Shown here: one piece after another, positions 59,078 to 64,000 of the stretch
How positions within the stretch are numbered: position 1 is the stretch's first letter
Layout: each line of letters opens with the position of its first letter
Source: Oscillospiraceae bacterium
GTDB taxonomy: Bacteria > Bacillota > Clostridia > Oscillospirales > QAMX01
Direction: 5' to 3'
Assembly: GCA_015067715.1 (NCBI GenBank)
Contig: SVLY01000006.1
Span: forward strand, 3,679-67,678
DNA length: 64,000 nt
Notes under the pieces: model-generated
The model's database searches: none
Seen by the model: only the letters and a program-made list of their open reading frames with translations
What the model was told of the DNA's origin: nothing
Program-made: the position numbers and the translations under genes

Positions 59078-59349
59078 GTTTCCACAAAGTTTTCCACAGT
59101 TTTCCACAGTGTGAATATGTGGATAATTTCGGTTCAGGCCGGTATAAACAGAGTCAGATAAAACGGTCTTGTGTTATGGGTCGTCATTTTATTTGGCGGT
59201 AAAGGGCTGTTTGTCGGATAATGTCAGTAAATATCGAATAATATGCCATAAGAAATTTTTATGGCGCAATAAGCCCCGTGTGAATAAATACAGAGTATGC
59301 ATTCTGTATATCCTGTGGAAAACTCTGTTCAAACCGTGAGTTTTCCACA
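59078..59349. promoter_or_regulatory. DnaA-box cluster
   Basis: Perfect TGTGGATAA 59118-59126. One-mismatch boxes TTTTCCACA (59090, 59100, 59341), TGTGGAAAA (59314) and TGTGAATAA (59279). GTTTCCACA at 59078. Confidence 0.7.
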
Positions 59350-59391
59350 ATTGCCCCAGGTGTGCGAGGCCTTCCATGTGGGAAGTCTCGC

Positions 59392-59494
59392 AGTTTTATT
59401 CGCCTTAAGGCGAGTTGTATTGCTTCGCAGTTATATTCGGCTAAAAGCCGAGTGTTATTCGCTTTGCGAGTTTAGGAGCGAATAAAATATCACT
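59392..59494. repeat. Array of short hairpins separated by AGTnnTATT linkers
   Basis: Linkers at 59392, 59413, 59429 and 59451, each followed by a palindromic insert. A complementary tail closes the array. Confidence 0.75.
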
Positions 59495-59518
59495 ATTAAT
59501 ATACTTTTTAAGACAGTA

Positions 59519-59551
59519 AAACGGATGTGCAGAAATTCTACACATCCGTTT
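59519..59551. terminator. Hairpin, terminator-like
   Basis: aaacggatgtg...cacatccgttt. Confidence 0.55.
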
Positions 59552-59647
59552 AATATTTGTCTCATACCATAACAAGTAACATTTAGGCATCCAAATGTCA
59601 CTTGTCAGGGAGACCTAAAACCCTTTTCCAAACAAATATCACCTATT

Positions 59648-60391
59648 CGATAAATTGGAATTTGTCACTCTGTGTAGTTTTTGTGGAAAGGGCATTTTTC
59701 CTGTCTGCATTGATTGTTCAAGTGTGAACGAGTGCAGATCACAGAGTTCAGCTTCATATCGATATGTATTTTTTCGCTCGTGAATTTGATAGCTTCTATG
59801 ATAGCAAGATAGGAATCTCTTTTACAGCAACGGGGGCCACCATTTTTGCCTATCGCATCTAATGCTCTTGCTGTCATCTGGTTGGATAATCCCCAGGCTT
59901 CACCTGCCAAAGGAGTGGCTTTCAAGGCAATGGAGATAAACATTCCCGTGCTGATGCCTGCACCGCACGCGCCCCAAAATCCGCACGCGCCGCCGGGGAC
60001 TTGCTTTCCTCTTTTCTGAATTTCTCCAAGTGCGAACGCGAGATCAATTTCACCGCCTGCGTTTTTGTAAGCCGTCAGAAGCGCTGAGCCGACCATCGTA
60101 TGATGCTCGGGGCCGTGCATATGGCAAGACGGCATACTCATCATTTCTTCTAAAATCTCAATCGGATCATTGGATTTACTGTTCAGACAAATTGCAATAA
60201 TACTGTCCATTCCGCTTGTATGGCATTCATCGCAGACGAAATGACCGTTGACACATCTTGTTTTACTGTATTGTTTTTTGTGGCAAAGCACACATTCCAT
60301 TTCCTCGTCTGCATTGAGGTATTCAAGCGGAGCTTTGCAAATCAAGCATTCTTCATTCATATATATTCACCCTACAAATTCCAATTTATCG
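59648..60391. mobile_element. Single-gene cassette bounded by perfect 18-bp inverted repeats
   Basis: cgataaattggaatttgt 59648-59665 and acaaattccaatttatcg 60374-60391. Confidence 0.65.
59665..60360 (-). CDS. DUF5714-like cysteine-rich protein
   Basis: CLIC..CVLC..C..GHFVCDEC, MHGPEHH, VPGGACGFWGACG and GPRCCKRD motifs. AT-richer than its neighbours. Confidence 0.75.
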   Translation of the reverse strand: MNEECLICKAPLEYLNADEEMECVLCHKKQYSKTRCVNGHFVCDECHTSGMDSIIAICLNSKSNDPIEILEEMMSMPSCHMHGPEHHTMVGSALLTAYKNAGGEIDLAFALGEIQKRGKQVPGGACGFWGACGAGISTGMFISIALKATPLAGEAWGLSNQMTARALDAIGKNGGPRCCKRDSYLAIIEAIKFTSEKIHIDMKLNSVICTRSHLNNQCRQEKCPFHKNYTE

Positions 60392-60440
60392 GTTAGTTGT
60401 ATTATAGCACAACTTGACTATCAAAGAAAGAGAATATTAC

Positions 60441-60475
60441 AAACACCCTTAGTTTTTAAAAAACTAAGGGTGTTT
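60441..60475. terminator. 17-bp perfect inverted repeat downstream of the zinc peptidase
   Basis: aaacacccttagttttt-a-aaaaactaagggtgttt. Confidence 0.65.
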
Positions 60476-60537
60476 TCGTGTCTTGTTGTACTGTCCTTTA
60501 GAGTACAACGCCTATTGGCGGTGTTTTTTGATTACTC

Positions 60538-61248
60538 TTATCTTCTGCGTTTTGACGATCGGGATACGATGAGCAGCAGCCGCAAAAACTGCATAAGGCT
60601 TACGGCAAGTGCGGCGACGTAGGTCATTGCGGCGGCGGAGAGGGTCTTGCGGGCGGGGTCTATCTCGTCGGGGGCAAGAATGCCGCTGTCGCTTATGGCG
60701 GCAAGCGCCCGGCGGGAGGCGTTGAACTCAACGGGCAGGGTGACAAGCTGGAAAACGACCGCAAGAGCAAAAAACGCAACTCCGGCGTAGGCGATATAGC
60801 TGAATATCTCTCCCAGATAGGAAAGACCTATGCCCACCAGAATAAGGGGCATTGCCAGCTTTGAGCCGATGTTTGTGATTGGAATAAGGGCGGCGCGGAG
60901 CTTGATCGGGCCGTAGCCCTCGGCGTACTGCACAGCGTGACCCGCTTCGTGGCAGGCAACGCCGATGGCCGCAACGGAGGTGGAGTTTATAACGCTGTCG
61001 GAAAGACGGATGACGTTTGTGCGTGGGTCGTAATGGTCGGAGAGCTTTCCGGGGACGTGCTCTATACGGACGTCGTAGACCCCGTTTTGTCTCAAGACCT
61101 CTCTGGCGGCGTCGGCGGCGGTCATTCCCCGGCGGGAATAGACCTTTGAGTACCTCTCGAAGGAAGAGTTCACCCTTGCGCTGGCGATCAGTGAAAAGAT
61201 CACGAAGGGCAGAACCAGAATAATATAGGTCCAGTCTACGTAAAACAA
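60538..61248 (-). CDS. Membrane zinc metallopeptidase (YugP family)
   Basis: LSDHYDP, HEAGHAVQ, TLPVEFNASRRA and AAAMTYVA motifs. Confidence 0.9.
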   Translation of the reverse strand: MFYVDWTYIILVLPFVIFSLIASARVNSSFERYSKVYSRRGMTAADAAREVLRQNGVYDVRIEHVPGKLSDHYDPRTNVIRLSDSVINSTSVAAIGVACHEAGHAVQYAEGYGPIKLRAALIPITNIGSKLAMPLILVGIGLSYLGEIFSYIAYAGVAFFALAVVFQLVTLPVEFNASRRALAAISDSGILAPDEIDPARKTLSAAAMTYVAALAVSLMQFLRLLLIVSRSSKRRR

Positions 61249-61365
61249 GTCGGTTCACCTTTTCTTAACTTACTGTACTTAGATTATACCACCATAAAGT
61301 GAACTAAACAAGAATAAACTGAATACAAATTATTCCATTTGTCCGATCCCTGGGGAAAAATGCTT

Positions 61366-61986
61366 TCAGAACACCTTTACGGCCAAAAGCCGGCCTTCGC
61401 CCACCGTGACTTTTGCTGTTTTCCCGGGGAGTACGCGGTTGCTTATGCCGTATTGGTATTCGCAGGTTATCTCGCCTCCGTTCAAGGGGTATTCGGCGTT
61501 TTCGATGGTGATATCCCGGGCGGTTCCGGAGATATTCAGAAGGGAAAAAAAGGAAAACTCACCGCCCACGTAAACGGGCTTTTTTGAGACGATCTCCATC
61601 AGGGAATAATCGTCTGCCAGGGTGGCTTTTTTGCCAAGGGAGTCAAGATACAGAAGAATTGAGACGTTTCCAAGACTGTGGTCCAGCCGTTCTCCAACGA
61701 CCCCGATAAGCAGAAACTCCTCAAAGCCCCGTCTGAGCGCCTCTTTCACCCCGAAGACCGTGTCCGTATCGTCCTTTTGACAGGGTAGCACGATGGTCTC
61801 GGTTTCAAGATCGGGATTTGGGTGGGAGTCGAAATCCCCCACGATAAGGTCGGGGGTTATGCCAAGGGCGGCCCGGTGCTTAAGTCCGCTGTCACAGCAG
61901 ATCACAAAGTCCTCGGGAGAGAGAAGTTTTTTAATGCGGTCACAGGCGTTTATGCCCGCTCCGCCGACGATAACACAGCGCTGCAT
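61366..61986 (-). CDS. thiN: Thiamine diphosphokinase
   Basis: CDSG, VGDFDS, KDDTDT, RLDH and GISN motifs. Confidence 0.9.
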   Translation of the reverse strand: MQRCVIVGGAGINACDRIKKLLSPEDFVICCDSGLKHRAALGITPDLIVGDFDSHPNPDLETETIVLPCQKDDTDTVFGVKEALRRGFEEFLLIGVVGERLDHSLGNVSILLYLDSLGKKATLADDYSLMEIVSKKPVYVGGEFSFFSLLNISGTARDITIENAEYPLNGGEITCEYQYGISNRVLPGKTAKVTVGEGRLLAVKVF

Positions 61987-61996
61987 TATTCTCACC

Positions 61997-63301
61997 TCAC
62001 AGTATATCGATATATTCCCCGTTCAGCGCCTTGTTCATGCTTCGCACGGCGCAGAACTTGCCGCACATTGAGCAGGTATCCTCGTGCTCGGGCTTGCGTT
62101 CGTCGCGTATGCGCTTTGCGGTCTCGGGGTCAAGGGCGCAGGCCCACTGTTCCTCCCAATCCAGTCTGCGGCGTGCGGAAGCCATGCGGTCGTCCGTGTC
62201 CTGCGCGTGGGGGATCTTTTTGGCGATGTCTGCGGCATGGGCGGCGATCTTTGAGGCGATGATCCCTTGCTTTACGTCATCCACGTTGGGCAGGGCAAGG
62301 TGCTCTGCCGGGGTCACGTAGCAAAGAAATGCGGCGCCGCTTGCCGCGGCAATGGCTCCGCCGATAGCCGAGGTAATGTGGTCGTATCCCGGGGCGATAT
62401 CGGTTACGATGGGCCCCAGCACGTAAAAGGGCGCGCCCATGCAGATGGTCTGCTGAAGCTTCATATTGGCCTCTATCTGATCCATGGGCATATGTCCGGG
62501 TCCCTCGACCATGACCTGAACGTCCTTCTCCCAGGCGCGTTTTGTCAGCTCCCCAAGGCGAACCAGCTCTTCTATCTGGCATACGTCGCTTCCGTCGGCA
62601 AGACAGCCCGGCCGGCAGGCATCGCCCAGAGAGACCGTCACGTCGTACTCCCGGCAGATATCCAGTATTTCGTCGAAATACTCGTAGAAGGGATTTTCCT
62701 TCCCGGTCATGGTCATCCATGCGAAGACCAGCGAGCCGCCACGGGAGACGATGTTCATTTTTCTTCCCTGCTTTTTTATCTGTTCGATCGTCCTGCGGGT
62801 AATACCGCAGTGGAGGGTAACGAAGTCAACTCCGTCCTCTGCGTGAAGTCTTATTACGTCGATAAAGTCCTTCGCGGTAAGAGTTGCAAGGTCTCTTTTG
62901 TAGTGGATAACGCTGTCGTAGACCGGAACTGTGCCGATCATTGCCGGACATTCACTTGTGAGCCTCCTGCGGAAGGGCTGGGTGTCGCCGTGGCTTGACA
63001 GATCCATAATTGCCTCGGCACCCATGTTAACCGCCGCCATGACCTTTTCCATCTCGGTATCATAGTCCCTGCAGTCCCGGGAAACGCCGAGATTTACGTT
63101 TATCTTGGTGCGGAGCATGGAACCCACACCGTTGGGATCAATACAGGTGTGGCGCTTGTTTGCGCATATGGCCACCTGCCCACAGGCGACGAGTGAACGT
63201 ATCTCTTCTTCGGTTCTGTATTCTTTTAAGGCGACCGCCTTCATTTCCGGGGTGATAATGCCGCGCTTTGCGGCGTCCATCTGGGTAGTGTAGTTTCTCA
63301 C
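61997..63301 (-). CDS. thiC: Phosphomethylpyrimidine synthase
   Basis: [27 protein letters not shown] and CSMCGKFC motifs. Confidence 0.95.
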   Translation of the reverse strand: MRNYTTQMDAAKRGIITPEMKAVALKEYRTEEEIRSLVACGQVAICANKRHTCIDPNGVGSMLRTKINVNLGVSRDCRDYDTEMEKVMAAVNMGAEAIMDLSSHGDTQPFRRRLTSECPAMIGTVPVYDSVIHYKRDLATLTAKDFIDVIRLHAEDGVDFVTLHCGITRRTIEQIKKQGRKMNIVSRGGSLVFAWMTMTGKENPFYEYFDEILDICREYDVTVSLGDACRPGCLADGSDVCQIEELVRLGELTKRAWEKDVQVMVEGPGHMPMDQIEANMKLQQTICMGAPFYVLGPIVTDIAPGYDHITSAIGGAIAAASGAAFLCYVTPAEHLALPNVDDVKQGIIASKIAAHAADIAKKIPHAQDTDDRMASARRRLDWEEQWACALDPETAKRIRDERKPEHEDTCSMCGKFCAVRSMNKALNGEYIDIL

Positions 63302-63326
63302 CTTAATTTATCCTTTCATTTGGAAT

Positions 63327-64000
63327 TTACTTTGAAAACCGGCCGGTAAGGTCAAAAGCGTGGTTCATAGGTCCGGAGCCCTGTCCCAGATCCAACATAT
63401 CGGCAAGAGCACCGGAGATATATTCCTTTGCCCTCTTTACGGACGTTTCGAGGTCACAGCCCTTTGCAAGGTTTGCGGCAATTGCGCTTGACAGCGTGCA
63501 GCCCGTGCCGTGGGTGTTGGGATTGTCGATGCGCCTGCCGCAAAACCAGGTGAATTCTCCCTTTGCGTACAAAAGGTCGTTAGCGTCGTTTACGCTGTGA
63601 CCTCCTTTGAGCAAAACGGCGCAGTGATATTTTTCTGCGATGATCCCGGCCGCGGAGCGCATATCGGTGTCATCCCTGACATTAATTCCGGATAAAAGCT
63701 CTGCCTCGGGAATATTGGGAGTAACAAGAGTTGAAATCGGCAGGAGATATTCTTTCAGCGCGTCGACCGCATCATCTTTTATCAAGGCAGAACCGCTGGT
63801 TGAGATCATCACCGGATCCAGAACGATATTTTTTGCATGATGGTACAGGAGCCGGTCTGCTGTTGTTATGATCAGATCGGATGATGAGACCATGCCGATT
63901 TTTACTGCATCCGGGAAGATATCCTCAAACACCGCATCGAGCTGATGTTTCAAAAATTCGGGCGTTGATTCCTGAATTGCCCGTACACCGGTCGTGTTCT
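63327..64000 (-). CDS. thiD: Hydroxymethylpyrimidine/phosphomethylpyrimidine kinase (5' end outside the window)
   Basis: NTTGV, VKIGM, DPVM, TPNIPEA, LKGGH and HGTGCT motifs. Confidence 0.92.
   Translation of the reverse strand, partial: NTTGVRAIQESTPEFLKHQLDAVFEDIFPDAVKIGMVSSSDLIITTADRLLYHHAKNIVLDPVMISTSGSALIKDDAVDALKEYLLPISTLVTPNIPEAELLSGINVRDDTDMRSAAGIIAEKYHCAVLLKGGHSVNDANDLLYAKGEFTWFCGRRIDNPNTHGTGCTLSSAIAANLAKGCDLETSVKRAKEYISGALADMLDLGQGSGPMNHAFDLTGRFSK

Noticed and set aside
59040-59360. Firm call as oriC
   Set aside because: No dnaA, dnaN or rpmH context and no clear switch in gene strand bias; kept only as a DnaA-box cluster.
59392-59470. AGTnnTATT repeats as CRISPR or iterons
   Set aside because: Too short and degenerate, with palindromic inserts; no cas or rep gene.
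63316-63330. tttggaattta at the thiD stop as another cassette repeat
   Set aside because: Only a short partial match to the 18-bp repeat, with no partner visible in the window.

Overview
GC-rich chromosomal segment, most likely from an anaerobic Clostridia-class Firmicute (inferred from gene content and order and from sigma-A promoters). Housekeeping content: metF/MetH module, murA, dxs-tlyA-argR-recN, ftsK-yicC-remA-gmk-rpoZ-priA-def-fmt-rsmB-rlmN-stp-pknB-rsgA-apbE, xth, a MATE transporter, thiDC-thiN and tRNA-Leu(TAG). The main metabolic feature is a ~13.5-kb co-directional cluster (19707-33281) behind a perfect TTGACA-17-TATAAT promoter. It encodes an esterase, an [FeFe]-hydrogenase, an LDH-like enzyme with the malate dehydrogenase Arg signature, fumarase, HdrBCA, FlxDCBA and an anchor-less FrdBA. 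I infer an electron-bifurcating succinate/H2 module. The least explained signals are small mobile or structured DNA units: (i) a 1.55-kb island with terminal inverted repeats that splits a terminator hairpin and carries a RAYT transposase, GTAG-REPs and a cargo gene flanked by a 10-bp duplication next to a REP; (ii) a single DUF5714 gene bracketed by perfect 18-bp inverted repeats; (iii) a duplicated tRNA-Leu 3' end with stacked palindromic modules; (iv) two linker-plus-hairpin arrays; (v) a DnaA-box cluster with no dnaA in the window, containing a Xer-like site. gmk and rlmN carry frameshifts that are probably assembly errors. All calls come from reading the sequence by eye; no database searches were run.
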